DNA of 63,702 nucleotides, counting the filler, from Nemertoderma westbladi (Eukaryota; Animalia; Xenacoelomorpha), in assembly GCA_032718475.1 (NCBI GenBank). It is 4 parts of 4 records of this genome, joined end to end, with 100 filler letters (N's around TTAATTAATTAA, not from the genome) between each part and the next. Parts side by side here need not be neighbours in the genome. Positions count along the whole stretch, not along the records: positions 1 to 24,383 come from JAUCBJ010003282.1; 3 more parts are not named here. One strand, given 5' to 3'. How positions within the stretch are numbered: the first letter of the stretch is position 1; each line of letters opens with the position of its first letter. The notes below the pieces were generated by a model. That model was not told the origin of the DNA. It did not search any database and saw nothing but the letters and a program-made list of their open reading frames with translations. Positions 1 to 13,318 of the stretch are shown in pieces. The position numbers and the translations under genes are program-made.

Positions 1-2088
1 TGGAGTGGGGTAACTTAGACCAGTGGGGTAACTTAAGACATTTTTGAAAAGTTTACTATTATTTTCATTTCCATATTGAAAAGTAATGCACTAGGTTTCA
101 TGGAAATGGTCTTAATCGAAAGCACAATAATCAGATTATACGTTAAATGCGTAATATTGCTGCTATTTTTTATTTAATATGTTGTATTTCATAGTTTAAA
201 AAAGTTAGTTTTTCTGAGGAAAAATATAGGAATTTTGAGTTGACCCTTTTCTCGAAGGGGGATCATGATGATCTCTATATTAAACAATACTCATTTTAAT
301 CAGAAAAAGTCAAATCGTTCGAATTTTCACAAAAATTGACAATATTTCTTTAATAACACGAAAAAATTGGCACTGGCATAAGTTGTCCACACATTTCTTG
401 AAAAGTGGGGTAACTTATGCCACCTTGATGGCAATTTGTAACCGGTAAGTTACAAAAGTCGGTCAGTCTAGTAATAGCTCCTAGTTATCCTCTATAATAA
501 CGGTGTATAGATATAACAACCTTACCAACATAACTGTGTACAGATACACCAACCTAACCAACATAACAGTACACCAACCTAACCAACATAACGGTGTACA
601 GATACACCAACTTAACCAACATAACAGTGTGCAGATAAATACCTTAACATAACAATGTACAGATATGCCAACCTAACCAACAGCACCAACCAGTTGTCAA
701 CTAGCGATGAAGGAGAGGAATCACCCGTAACTTAGAAGGAGGCTAGTATAAGTCCCACACGAGAACCCACTCCTAACAGGGAAAACTTAGGTCAGGAAAA
801 TTCTTAATTTGAACAACGATGACATGGAGCTTACAGTCAGTCCACTATGCTAACCGGTATAAGTCCAATAATAAGATTGACACTCATGTAACTGTAACTC
901 TCACCGATCCCACCCAAGGAAATAGGCAACCACGAATTTCTCTGAAATACGAAATCCTGAAATACTAAATCCTCCTGTTTCATTTGGTGGCTCTAAACAT
1001 GTCAAGTATACCTACCATTTCGATATCAGAACCTTTGGCGATGAAGAACTCCCGCAGTTAACTTATTCCATTCTATCCGTTTCAATTGTTTTCAAACTAT
1101 TTATTATTAACGACTTAGGTCTGTCTGTCGTCAGTCTGTCTATACGGTTGTCAGTTGAAGAGGTGTAAAGTTAATCAATTCGATCTAAGTAAATTGTATT
1201 AAAACTATTGTTGATAACGTTTTGTCTGTGTCTGTCATCAGTCTGTCTGTCCAGTTGTCAGTTGAAGAGGCTCAAATACTATAATTCAGTAAATATTTTC
1301 ATTTCATAGCCTAGTTCCTTTTATATATTCTGATAACTAAATAGAGAATAGAGTCACAGCGAAGTATGAAAAATCGAATCTTATTTTTTTCCTTCGGATA
1401 CTCTTACCGCATCCAGATGAAACTTTCGATAATAATAACAAGTAGCAGTAATAATTAAAGATAATTAAGCCGCGAACCTAAGACCCTCGTACTGTTAACT
1501 GTGTATTTACTCTTAAATAATAAACATTTCAATTGTTGCTGATACAAAATCAGTCCAGAAGTACGGGTATATATGACATGTTAAAATGTAGCCTTTTTAA
1601 CGCTCTTTCACGTGGTATGCTTTTCATGCTGAACTAAAACCATGTCATTCGCTCAAAACTTTCAAAAGGTGACTGAACGTAAAAATAATTATTTAATAAA
1701 TAATAATCATTTCAATTATTGATGATACAATATCACTCTAGTATGTATATGGCATGTCATAATGTGGAATTTTTAACGCTCTTTCACATGGTATACTTTT
1801 TAAACTGGTACAACTAAAGCCACTCTGCCCACAGTAAAATATTTGGAAGAAAAACCACAAGTGGCATAAGTTACCCAACTTGACATTTTCACTTCGGCCA
1901 CCATGTTTTCTGCCATATCTTGGATTCGGTAAACCTCTTCCGTGTTCTATGTTTCGGTCTTCCCTGTTGAAAGATGTCTAGATCTAATACAGACCCATCT
2001 TTTAAGATTTTGATCATAAACACAACCAAAGTAGTACAGTTTACCACTCAAATTTTGAAATTGGCCTAAGATACCCCACCCCACACCC
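1..2088. mobile_element. Non-autonomous TIR DNA transposon (possibly pogo/Tc1-mariner group), left end clipped by the window edge
   Basis: Bases 1-22 (TGGAGTGGGGTAACTTAGACCA) match the reverse complement of 2062-2083 at 19/22 positions. The GTGGGGTAACTTA / CATAAGTTACCC motif recurs subterminally (~23-36, ~376-423, ~1861-1879). Internal ACCAACCTAACCAACATAAC repeats at ~515-690. No long ORF. Confidence 0.6.
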
Positions 2089-2293
2089 AAGGCGTACTAT
2101 ATACAAGGCCATGCCATCGAGTTAACGGGGGGCGGTGACTGGGGGCAAGATCTTTTTTACAACAATTTGATATTTTGATATGGGGAGAGTTCTATAAATT
2201 TTCATTTGCAGCAATTTGGTCAATGGACGTAATTGAAGCATCTTTAATTGAAGCAGTATTGATTTTAAACACGTTTTAGATTGAATATATTAA

Positions 2294-3902
2294 CCCTATT
2301 TGTACCGGGCTATAAAATGTTTTACAAATACCGGGAGGGGGTCATATTGACCCCCCCCCCCCCCCTCTAAAATCTACAACTTTTAATGAAAACGTATGAT
2401 TTTTTTGTTTGTACGGTAGATTTCACAAGTCTGAATCCGACCGAGAAAAAAAATTTCGAAAAAAAGTAATAGGGTGGTTATTTTGCAGTACCAAAATTAC
2501 AAGTAGTGATGAAATTTTCATACAATTTGAAAGTTACAATTTTCGGCTAATTGTTTTTCAATACAGGTTTTCTGGTGCGTAAAATCCATTTGAAAATATT
2601 TAAAAATAATATGATTAGTATAAATAGTTGTTTTAGTCCTCTACGTAGGCAAAAAATGAAAAAAACAACTAACCAGCACAGTCATTTCAGTTTGAACACA
2701 AATTTATTAATTCACTTATACGATGCCATAATTTCACATTTTTAGGTTTTCTGAGGCGCTGATTCTAATGGAATACATTTCTAGTTTTCCAGATCATTGC
2801 TAATCGTATTTTTCTGCGAAATATGTCAAAATTTGGTGCTAGCACCAAATTTAGTACCCATCACCAAATAGTACAAGTTTGATATGTCCAGTGCGGTTTT
2901 TATTGTTTCCATCGGATTCAGGACCCTCATAAAGCCGTATAACGCTAGAAGCAAGATGATACTATGTATTGATCAATTTGCTTATTTTCAAAAATTTGGT
3001 GCTGGCACAACAATTTTCACCCACTGGCGAAAAATACAAGTTTGAAAACTCTTATGCAATTTTTACTTATTCCATTGAATTCAAAACCCTCACAAACCCG
3101 TACCGGTATAACGCAAGAAACAAGGTGACACAATCAATTGATTTATTGGATGGTTTTCAAAATTTGGTGCTAGTACCAAATTTTGCACCCACTTCCGAAA
3201 AATATCTAATGATCTACCCCGTATCTAATATTATATCCCGTATCCCGTATCTAATCCGAAACATATCTAGTTAGATAATTATTTATTCCATTGAATTCAG
3301 AACCTCCATAAACCTCTAAAACGCGAGAAATAAGTTGTTACAAGCAATTGAACTATTGAATGGATTTTAAAAATTTCGTGTTGGCACCAAAATTTACACA
3401 CAGCAACGAAAAATACAAGTTTGAACACGTGGTGCAACTCGTATATATTCCAACGAACATTGCGAACAGCTACAGCTTCAAACAATCAATTTACAAAATT
3501 GATATTTTTTTCAGAATTTTTGGTGCTTGCACCAAAATTGGTACCCACAAAAAAAACATTTTTGAAATTTCTAAATTTATTTATTGAATTCCATCTAATT
3601 GTAAACACCAAAAATCGGTGTAAATGAAAAATAGAATTGTTACAAATCATATTTCATGAAATATAATTTTCAAAAAACGCCTAAAAAAAGTGCCAAAAGT
3701 AGGGTTGGGTTAAAAAATGGTGCTATAACTCGAAAATTTACCAATATTTTTGAAAACCGTTTTCACTATTAGGAAGACAATAGATTTTTAGGAAAAGTCA
3801 TAAAATTTCAGATTCTTCACTGCGTTTGTTTCAGAGTTATAACAAAAAACCACAGGGTGGGGGAGGAGGGGGTCATATTGACCCCCCCCGGGTTTAATAG
3901 GG
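2294..3902. mobile_element. piggyBac-like non-autonomous element
   Basis: Termini ttaa|CCCTATT ... AATAGGG|tcaa (TTAA-type target site, CCC/GGG ends). The palindromic GGGGGTCATATTGACCCCC motif lies near both ends. Internal degenerate ~180-bp repeats carry AAATTTGGTGCTAGCACCAAA (~2830-3550). Confidence 0.7.
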
Positions 3903-3989
3903 TCAATGACCAAAATTATTTTCAAAAATAACTAGCTACTTCATTTAAAATATGAATTTAAATTTATTCCCGTGAATTTTATTATTTGA

Positions 3990-4799
3990 TGTTAAAATTG
4001 ACACAATTTGATTCCAGAGCAGGTCTGGGGACATAGGATCCTTAATTCTATGAAAATTGTCTTTTAAGAGTATCGGTAAGTGCTGCGATATCTTAATTGA
4101 CTAGAAATTTTAAAGGATCTGAATTTTACAGATTTTAATAAATATTAAATTAATATTTAAGATAGGCACCGATTTATTCCAGAACTTGTCTGGGGACGTT
4201 AACCACTGATTCTAGAATTTGTCTTTCAAGTATATCGGTGGGTGCCGCGATATCTTAATCGACTAGAATTACAGATGGTCAAAAAGTTTAACAGATTTAT
4301 TTGCGTTTTACGCTACTGTTATAGGGACATCACGCTACTATATGTATTATTTAATATAAGGTAGAAGAGCAATATCGCACGAAGCAATGTCAGTGTGAAG
4401 AGGCAAGTCGTTTCCAAGGTCTACCCAGAGCTTGGTTTAGCCGAGACACGAGGATCTGAACTTTGCATTCCTAATACTCTGCCTACCAATAATACTTGAA
4501 TATAGTAGGGGCTTTATTGTACTTTAATAAGTACGGACATTTCATCTTACTATAGTCACGTATTTATAATATGATACGGACAGTAAGGAAAGAGAAAAAA
4601 TTATTTCTCGCCGTCACACTAAATATATATTATATATATGTAATTACGTAATAAACACTAATATATTGCACTAATCTACTAAATAATCACTAAAATAACA
4701 TTCTACTAAATAAAATTAAAGGAAACGATTATAATAAAATTACATAATAATACATACATAAATATAAAATAAAAACAAATATAAAATGATATAGTCACA
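3990..4799 (-). repeat. Putative 3' LTR of the BEL/Pao element
   Basis: On the minus strand a purine-rich tract (TGGAGTGGGCG) just after the ORF stop is followed by TGTGACT at 4799. A possible ...TTAACA end lies at 3990. Contains a ~165-bp internal duplication. No matching 5' LTR was seen, so the boundaries are uncertain. Confidence 0.4.
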
Positions 4800-4817
4800 C
4801 GCCCACTCCATATGTTA

Positions 4818-7800
4818 TTACGTTATGGAGTCCCTAGATATTTGTCGGATTAGGGAAGTGGTCGTAGGAAGAGTATCTTGCCTTCCATAGTTTCCGGACA
4901 GTTTTCGGTCTCTTTCCAGTAAACATAAACGACTAGCTGGGCGATTGAGTTGTTGTGTTACTTTCTCCGCTCCCTTGGCCTGTCTAATCTCCGCCGTGGT
5001 AAGATGAGGAGGCCATTCTTCTTCTTCTTTACTTAAGAAGTCGGATCCACCTAACCAGCCTGGAGTATCTATCAGTTCTTGAGGAGTTGCTCCTCTGGAA
5101 GCGATGTCGGCTGGATTAATCGTCCCAAGGCAATGTCTCCATTGATCTACATTGGAGTTAATATCGTCATTATCTGAGGAGTATGGTGTTCCCTCAGTTG
5201 GATCGTCCACATCACTGCTCTCCACTTCCCATTCCTTTACTTGGTATACCTGTTGTTGAGGTAATCTCTCTTTGAGAGTTCTACGGGAAGGGCCAGTGAA
5301 GTACCAACCTACTCTAGTTCTTACCGCATAGGTTTGTAGTGGCTGCGGTTGAGCAGGCCGTTTCTCCAATGTCTCGAGCGCCTCATGCGCGTTTTGGCCG
5401 ATGAGTATTTGCACTCCAGGATAATCTGTCTGGAATCGAGGTATCTTAAGCTGTTGGATGCTCTCGTCCTCGTCCCAGTTATAAGGTTCTACTTGGGTAG
5501 TAGCGAAGTTCTTTATAGCCACCATTTTTACTGACCTTATACTTTGTGCTCCTAATTTATCCTGGGGGGTGGACAACGCACCTACATAGTAATCTGCCGT
5601 TATGGTAGATTTCCAAACCTGCATAATTCCGGACATATTCAACTTAGTTTGGAATTTGGGTTGTCCAGCAAAGATATCTTCGGCTAGTTCTTGATCGATG
5701 AATGTTCCTGTGCTGCCGGAGTCAAGGAGGGCGTTCACTATGTAACTTTTGGTAGGACCGTGAACTCTTACCTGCACTACAGGAAATTCTCTGATCCCTA
5801 CGTTGGAAGTTGGAGCTTTCCAAGATGGTTGTCTGTCAAAGGTAGTTGGGGGGAACTCATTGTCGGTGTCCTTTTCGTAAGTAAGTGCTCGATACACCTC
5901 GGTATTGATTAGGTAACAGGATTCGTTGGCGTCGGAGAATTCGTCCGTATAGAATCCTTCCATCTCAGATTCTTGATCAGTGTCATTTACATCACTGAAT
6001 TGGACATGTAGTTCGGGCTCACTTACCTGACTCGGGTTGTTTCGTTCGAATTCACTGTGTAACAAGATGTGATGTTTCGCACCGCACTTTGCACACTTTA
6101 CGTCGGAGTAACAGGTTCGCCGTTGGTGTCCTTGTCTGAGGCAATTATAGCATAACCGCTTATTCCACAGGACTGCACGTCTGTCTACAAGGGATTTCTT
6201 TAGAAATTCAGCACACGCACTCAAACGGTGGGGCCCGTCGCACAGCGCACATTTTGGTTTGATGTTACTCACTTTACCTTGGGTAACGTTATGCACTCTC
6301 GTTCTTTCTTCGGGCTTTCTTCCGTGAATTCTCTTAGGAGACGTAGGAGGAGTTGTTGTTACCTGTTCTCTCCTGTCACTGGTTCGAGACTTGTATTTAC
6401 TTACGTCTTTATAGGTCTTGTTGTCATAGTAAGATTTTGCTGTGTCTTTCCCGCTGTCCTCTTCTTGAGAAGCTTGGCTTTCGCCGTCGTCAGTATAACA
6501 CACTGGTATTATCCTTCTCCTAGAAACGGGTTTCTCACTTACCTTATTTTCCGATGTTTTCTCTCTGGACTGCTTTATGAGTTGTAATTTTACTTCACTA
6601 TCTAAGAAGGACATGAGATCAGCCATGGTAGGGCTTCGTCGTTGCTGCTCATTCATATACAACACTTTCTTGTCCCAGCGTGTACATACTCCACCCTTTG
6701 GTAAAGTAGAGACTACTGCTCCAATAACCATGGAACTCTGATATTCATGAGACTTACCTAACCAGTCCAATTGTCTACAGATCTCCTGAATCTCATCGGA
6801 AAACTCTATAATCCCGCTACTAAGGAAGTTTCGGGGGGCTACTAATTTTGCATACAAATACTTAGCTATGTTATCCTTGTTACCATACCTGATGTTTAAT
6901 GTATCCCAAACTTGTCTTAATCCTTCTGGATGTCCAATAAACTTTAACGCCATTAACTTGGGAGGTCCTTCCAAGCACTTGATGAGGAACCTAAGTTTCT
7001 CTCCGTTAGATAGTACAGAGTTCTGTATGCTGTCTTTGTAGTATTCATTGAAGGGTAACCATTTCATCTCATCTCCATTGAATTTGACGATCTCTCCCAC
7101 TTTGACCGCTTGGCGGGCTTCTGTTCTAGCCATCTGACGCGTAAAGCTTTCTTGGGCCATCGTGTTATTTAATATCGAATTATCGGTATATAAATTTCTC
7201 GGATCATTATCAGGTCTATAGGGAATATCATTAACAACAGGTTTATAATCACCCTTAATAGGGTTTGCTATAGGAGTTTATACTTCACTAGCAGTATAGA
7301 TGCGTGTAGGCTCCACACCTTGCGCATGTAATACTTCAGACCTAACAGGTTGACACAATGTTACAGGGGGTATTGGTATCGCTTTTTGTATATTGACTAA
7401 TTTGTCGCGTTCTAGAGCGATACTTTGCTGCACTTCTTGCAATTCGGCCCTACCTTCCCTTACTGTTCCCTTAAGTTGGTGGACAGTCTCCTGCATCTGT
7501 CCGAGCAGGAGATTCATCCCCCGCCGTCCCTCCTCTACCCACTCGACCGCCGAAGCGGGAGTCGCCAACATTGTAGCGGGCTGACGCGGGACGACGGGAG
7601 ACAAATCTTTGATTTCTCTCTCAGCTTCCAGGACAGGGATATTCTCATGGACTGTTCTACCGGGTACAGGCAGTGTAGTACTGTGTAGAGGGAATTTAGA
7701 GTTAAGCTCTGGAAGTACAGGGGTCTCTAGCACAGGAGTGGCTTTGGGAACGACAGGCCTAATTATTTCAGGCTCATCAACTATTGTAGGGAGTCTTTTG

Positions 7801-9422
7801 ACCTGAATAATTTGTTCTGTGGGTTCTGTACTACCTAAGTCTGTGCTAGTTAGTTGTCTTCTAACCGCCGGGGGCAAATCAGGCAATTTGTGGCGGTGAG
7901 ATGTTTTTCTACTCCTGCTTAGACGAGATCTATTTCCTCCGCCTTCAGGATCGGTGGTTTCGCTTTCCTCCGATGATGTGTATCCCTGGCGTTTTGGAGT
8001 AGATCGTCTCATCATCTGCATTCGACTAGCAGTTAACTGTTTATTTATGTTGTCTTGCGTCTCTTGCAGATTTTCCAACTCCAGTTGGGTAGTCTGCTCA
8101 GACGCTCTCCGTTCTGCTTCTGCCACTGCCTTTGCCGCCTTTCTTTCCGTTTCTGCTTTTGCCGCCGCTGCCTTTCTTTCTACTTCTGCTTCTGCCGCCG
8201 CTGCCTTTCTTTCTACTTCTGCTTCTGCCATGGCCGCCGCCTTTTGTTCCTCTATCCGTCTTTTCTTTACTTGTTCTTCTTGGACTCTAGCGAGGCGGAG
8301 TTTTTCATCAAATTTAGCTTGGTTTGCAGCTAACATTTCCGCATCGATTGAGTCCAACACAAGCTTGGTTCCTTCACTATTAGGGGAAAGTCCAGACAGC
8401 CGTCTCCTCAACTCTTCATCACCCAAGAAGCGTTGATAGTCTGACAGATATATGTCTATGGCGTCTCTCGAGGGCGGCTTCTCTGCTGCTGTCTCTTCGC
8501 TTTCCACTTGAGAAAGGGTGGCATCGGTTGGTTCTTCATAGGTTAGTCTCTCAGCCAGCTGGGATTTCCACTGGGCCGTTTCTTGTACTTTGAGACCTAC
8601 CCGCTGGAACCAAGTTTTGACAGCAACCTGCAGCGACGTGTCCTGTCTTCTTTTGGAAGTTTCCTCAAAGGCTGATAAGATTAGTCTAATGCGTAGGGTT
8701 CTTTCGCGTACTTGATAAAGCAGCTCTTCCTGCTCTTGAGGTCCTTGGGGTTGTCGAAACAGTTGTTCTTCCAATCGCTCTAAGGAGCCGAAGAATCCCT
8801 GCACATATCCTGCTGCCGACCTCTTCCAAACAGCTGGATCCATTGTATCTTTAGTCACTCCCATCCTGTGTATATCTTCCCAAGTAGCTTCGGACAAATC
8901 TAACGGGAGTCCGGGTCCGGGAAAGTTCCATTGTGACTCGACAATAGACATCAATTCTTCCCTGGCGTATCCCGCATAACTATCTTGGGTCGCTCGCTTA
9001 CTTCTCGCCCAATCGGCTTGATGTTCCTCCACCGCGATCAATATAGTAGTTAGCACTGCGGCAGGAAGGGTGAGAAGGGGATCCGAGTAGGCTGTAGCCG
9101 CCATCTGCACTCCGCGTTCGGGGGTCAGCTCTACAGTATCCGAATTACTGGAGCTATCGGATCGCTGGGAACAAGTTTCTTGACTAGGATGTTGCTGCTG
9201 TTGGACAGCTGCTTCCTGGTTCCGTTTGACTTGGGCCCGAGTGCCGATGATAGACCTACGGTGTTGGATTAGCTTAGGGTCTGATACTACTACTGGAGGG
9301 ATGACCTTTCTTTCAGTAGGAGGTGAGCTGAACTCCTTTCTTAATCGCTCCACACTCCTATCTGTGTCACAGATGGTTGTATCGATTAGACTGTCTGACA
9401 GGTTTTGCTGGGTGTCAGACAT
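4818..9422 (-). pseudogene. BEL/Pao Gag-protease polyprotein (~1534 codons) with one in-frame TAA; RT, most of RNase H and integrase absent
   Basis: ORFs 7278-9422 and 4818-7160 are in the same frame, and the 39 codons between them are open. Motifs: coiled-coil N-terminal region; DUF1759-like Gag (KFNGDEMKWLPF...KLRFLIKCLEG); triple Cys/His knuckle (CALCDGPH..C / CYNCLRQGH..C / CAKCGAKHH); aspartic protease ALLDSGSTGTFI; BEL RNase H tail QWRHCLGTINPADIASRG. Confidence 0.85.
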
Positions 9423-12280
9423 GTTTAGCTATACGGTTGAATGCCTACTGCTATAGTTACAGTTAAAGCAAGTCTAGTAATTCAGTATGACCGTTGGCCT
9501 AGTACCGTTAATTTATTACAGTATATTAGAATACCGGTATACACTTATAATATATAGAAGTATTGTAAACTAGTTTTGTCACAGAGTACCGGTATATAAT
9601 TTTAGCACAAATATATATAAATATATAATAGGCCTATCGTGAATACCGGTATGCAGCTTACACTTATAGTATATATAAGTATAATTATAAACTATAATTA
9701 ATTACAGAATACCGGTATGATTTCAGCCCAACTTTATAGAAATAAATATAATAGGCCTATCGTGGATACCGGTATATCAATTATTTAAATAATTGAATTT
9801 CTGAATTTTAAAGGTTACTTAGTTACTTTAACTTACTTTATTACCGTTATTTAAGCAGTAGTCCAACTGATATTGAGACCTAGTTGTTGTATAGCAGGCC
9901 TACTATTTATAAATCGTTTGAGTTGATTTATAATATATATATACCCGTTTAAAATGGGTTTTGTCAATATTTGAAATAAATGTTATTATTTCTGGGGGGA
10001 GTCACTACACAGAAGCTGTACGCTCTCAGTGGAGTGCTACTTATTGGACACTAAAACAGATAATTCTAATTTACCTAAGTTACTTAATACTACAAATTAT
10101 GTACAAATTACGATACGGGTGAGATTAAATCTCTACTTAAACACAACAAAAATATTACGTACGAAATTTTAGGGTAATTTTACAGGAAGTCTACAAACCA
10201 GCCTAACAAAGGGTTAGAATTCTGGTTATTACAACGGACAGGGTACTACGGTATTTGAAAATAATAAGTAGTAGTAAATATATTGCACTGTCCAGATAGG
10301 AAAAATACCACCGCCTGACGACCTATAGCCGTATCGCTATAGGTACTACGTTATGTAATACGGAGTGTTCCTACCTGGAAGTTAATTACCGCAGACTACC
10401 AGATCCAACGTGCCTATTAACCACTTTACAACACAATACACTGCCTACACACTAATTACTTTCGGAAAGCACTGTACACCAAACCCTAAATTAGGTACAA
10501 GTACTGGTACAACAAATAATCAGTAGTTAAATAAACTTGAACAGTTAAAAGAACCACGGCATCTGCTGGAGTGACCGGCCTACGCCAAGCAGCCCGTGTA
10601 GTACCGGGGTTAATTTAACTATAACGGTATGTGTAACAGGCACAATTACTGTAGGAATAAACTTGGGGACATGAATGTTGCGAATAATCGCATAAACTCT
10701 GAATAATAAATATTACGCTACCCGTACAGAATACTCAAACAAAATACAAACCAAACGCTGGCAGACTACCACCAAGCCTAAGTAAACTACAGTATGTGTA
10801 GATTCCAAAATGGTTAGTTAGTATGCGTTCTAACACGGTAGTACGACTTATTCTTTAAGAGGGGATTGACCTTACAGCTATGGCTGCCCCAACTTACTAA
10901 CTGGCACTTTATCAGACAAACTCTACACACGCAGCAATCTCTTCAGACCTAATAATAGCTAGACAACAATCCAGCCTACAAAATATCTGAGTAATAACTA
11001 TTACGGTACCTGAACAGACCACACAAACAAACACAGGCTAAAACGTTGGCAGAATACTGTCAAGCCTAAATAAACTACAGTATGTGCAGATTCCAAAATG
11101 GTTAGTTAGTATGCGTTCTAACACGGTAGTACGACTTATTCTTTAAGAGGGGATTGACCTTACAGCACTGGCTGCCCCAACTTACTAACTGGCACTTTAT
11201 CAGACAAACTCCACACACGCCGTAATCTCTCCAAACCCAACACCAATCTGACAACAGTCCGGCCTACAATTATCTGAACAATCTGAGCAGACTTATACGT
11301 CTTCAGCTCAATATTAACTTACATGTAAATAAAACCGACAGAAATAAGTAAAATCTCAATAAAAGACCAGGGCGGCCGTTCCCTGATTAAGTATTAAGAC
11401 CTACCGGTATACAATAATCAAAATCGAATAATACTAATGTACTTATACTGGAAGTACCGGTTAGGACAGTTGGGCGTACAGACCTACAGCAGTACCGATT
11501 CTGGCAGTTGGGCCTACAGACCTACAGCAGTACCGATTCTGGCAGTTGGGCCTATGGACCTACAGCAGTACCGATTCTGGCAGTTGGGCCTACGGACCTA
11601 CAGCAGTACCGATTCTGGCAGTTGGGCCTACGGACCTACAGCAGTACCGGTTCAGGTTTACCGGTCGACCGGTACTTTCAACTTTATTGCTTACTGCAAT
11701 AAAGACAATAACTGTTATTTTACGCGCTTTTGAAGACCTTTAGCAGTTTAACCTGCCAAAATTTATATGTCTTTTGGTTTATAAATAGACTTTAGAAATT
11801 AACAAATATTTAATACCAATAAACACAACATTAGCAGAAGCCAGCCTAGTGCGCGTCCATTCACCCGCTGGATATACCCGGGAGACTGGATTCTGAGGGC
11901 TTAGATTATTATTGCAGTGTAAGCTTACTGTATTATTCGATTGATCGTTAATAAATAATTTCTGACTAATATTATTCACTTTCGGGAAATATTAACAGTT
12001 CCTTTAGGACGTGGCGCTCTATCTAGGTAAACAGAGATATGACTTGTACTAAACACAACGGTAAGTCGGTAAGGCTTATGATTCACGTATGAGGCGCATT
12101 CTTTAGGAAATGCTTAGTTATCAGCCACAATCATGCACACTACCGGTAACACACAATACTGATCACTAATTTGCCGACCGTCAATGAATTTTATCATATA
12201 TAAAGAGAACAGCAACTGACTCATGTAGTGCTTATCAAATAGCATTAAATTCACTACAAACCACAATAGTATAAGTCATA
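9423..12280 (-). mobile_element. Long 5' leader and probable 5' LTR (~11768-12280) of the BEL/Pao element
   Basis: From ~9890 onward it is collinear with the paralog at 53850-56045, which stops at the equivalent point with a minus-strand TGTGACT start. ACA...TGGCAGGTTAAAC (PBS-like position) lies near 11745-11770. There is an internal ~285-bp direct duplication (~10745-11290). Confidence 0.65.
11467..11650 (+). repeat. 38-bp tandem repeat, ~5 copies
   Basis: Unit CAGTTGGGCCTACGGACCTACAGCAGTACCGATTCTGG starts at 11467, 11505, 11543, 11581 and 11619. Confidence 0.95.
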
Positions 12281-12597
12281 TCTCTGTTTAATTAGATAGA
12301 GCGCCACGTCCTAAAGGAACTGTTAATATTTCCCGAAAGTGAATAATATTGGTCAGAAATTATTTATTAACGATCAATCGAATAATACAGTAAGCTTACA
12401 CTGCAATAACAATCTAAGCCCTCCGAATCCAGTCTCCCGGTTATATCCAGCGGGTGAATGGACGCGCACTAGGCTGGCTTCGGCTAATGTTGTGTTTATT
12501 GGTATTAAATACTTGTCATTTTCTAAAGTCTATTTATAAACCAAAAGACATATAAATTTTGGCAGGTTAAACTGCTAAAGGTCTTCAAAAGCGCGTA
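11721..12597. repeat. Long inverted repeat (arms 11721-12051 and 12267-12597, ~215-bp spacer)
   Basis: The arms are direct reverse complements. The ORF track shows near-identical peptides on opposite strands (11779-11979 minus, 12339-12539 plus). Confidence 0.95.
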
Positions 12598-13318
12598 CAG
12601 TGGGCTTTCCAACCATTGAGGCGATCGGCTGGTGATTCAGCCTTAACCTTGGTGGTTGGTTGGCTTTTCCGCCCAGTAAGCAGATTGATTGATTTCCATG
12701 CCTGTATATGTTTTATGCAGCTTATATAACGTACAGTATATATGTCATATATATTTATATTTATATTTATATATATATGTATTGATATTTGCTATTAATA
12801 AAATATGTTTCTGTGCCTAATGTATAAAATTCACTCATCATTCCCCCTAATCGTGTTAATATTATCTGAAGCCTTTCACAAGCCCACACAACTACTGGGG
12901 TTTTATTGCATGTTGAGCTACTTACATAATTGTTAGCATATCCCATTCTTTCCCAAGATGCAGATGATGATGATGCAGTAGTTGAAAGACACAAGACTAC
13001 ACTGAGTATTATGTAGCAAATAAACATCCTGTGGACACCTAAATAATAAAATTATATAAATATGAATATTAAAGCAAGATAATAAGTATTACAGAGGTGT
13101 CTTCAAGTGTGCCAAAGTGATGTAGCACGACCACTGATTTACTAAGGCATAGCTGGTGTGACAATATTCGTGATAACTTATTTGCATGCTATATCCCGTG
13201 CATAAAACCTCTTTGGAGTTTTTGCATGCGCAAAAATGTAATAATCGCAATTTATCAGGCGCTAAAACTAGGGGGTGTAAAATAACTCAAGAATATGTAA
13301 TTAATTTGTGGGCAATGA

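Noticed and set aside
2551-3627. Short ORFs in the piggyBac-like element
   Set aside because: They arise from degenerate internal repeats and have no protein motifs.
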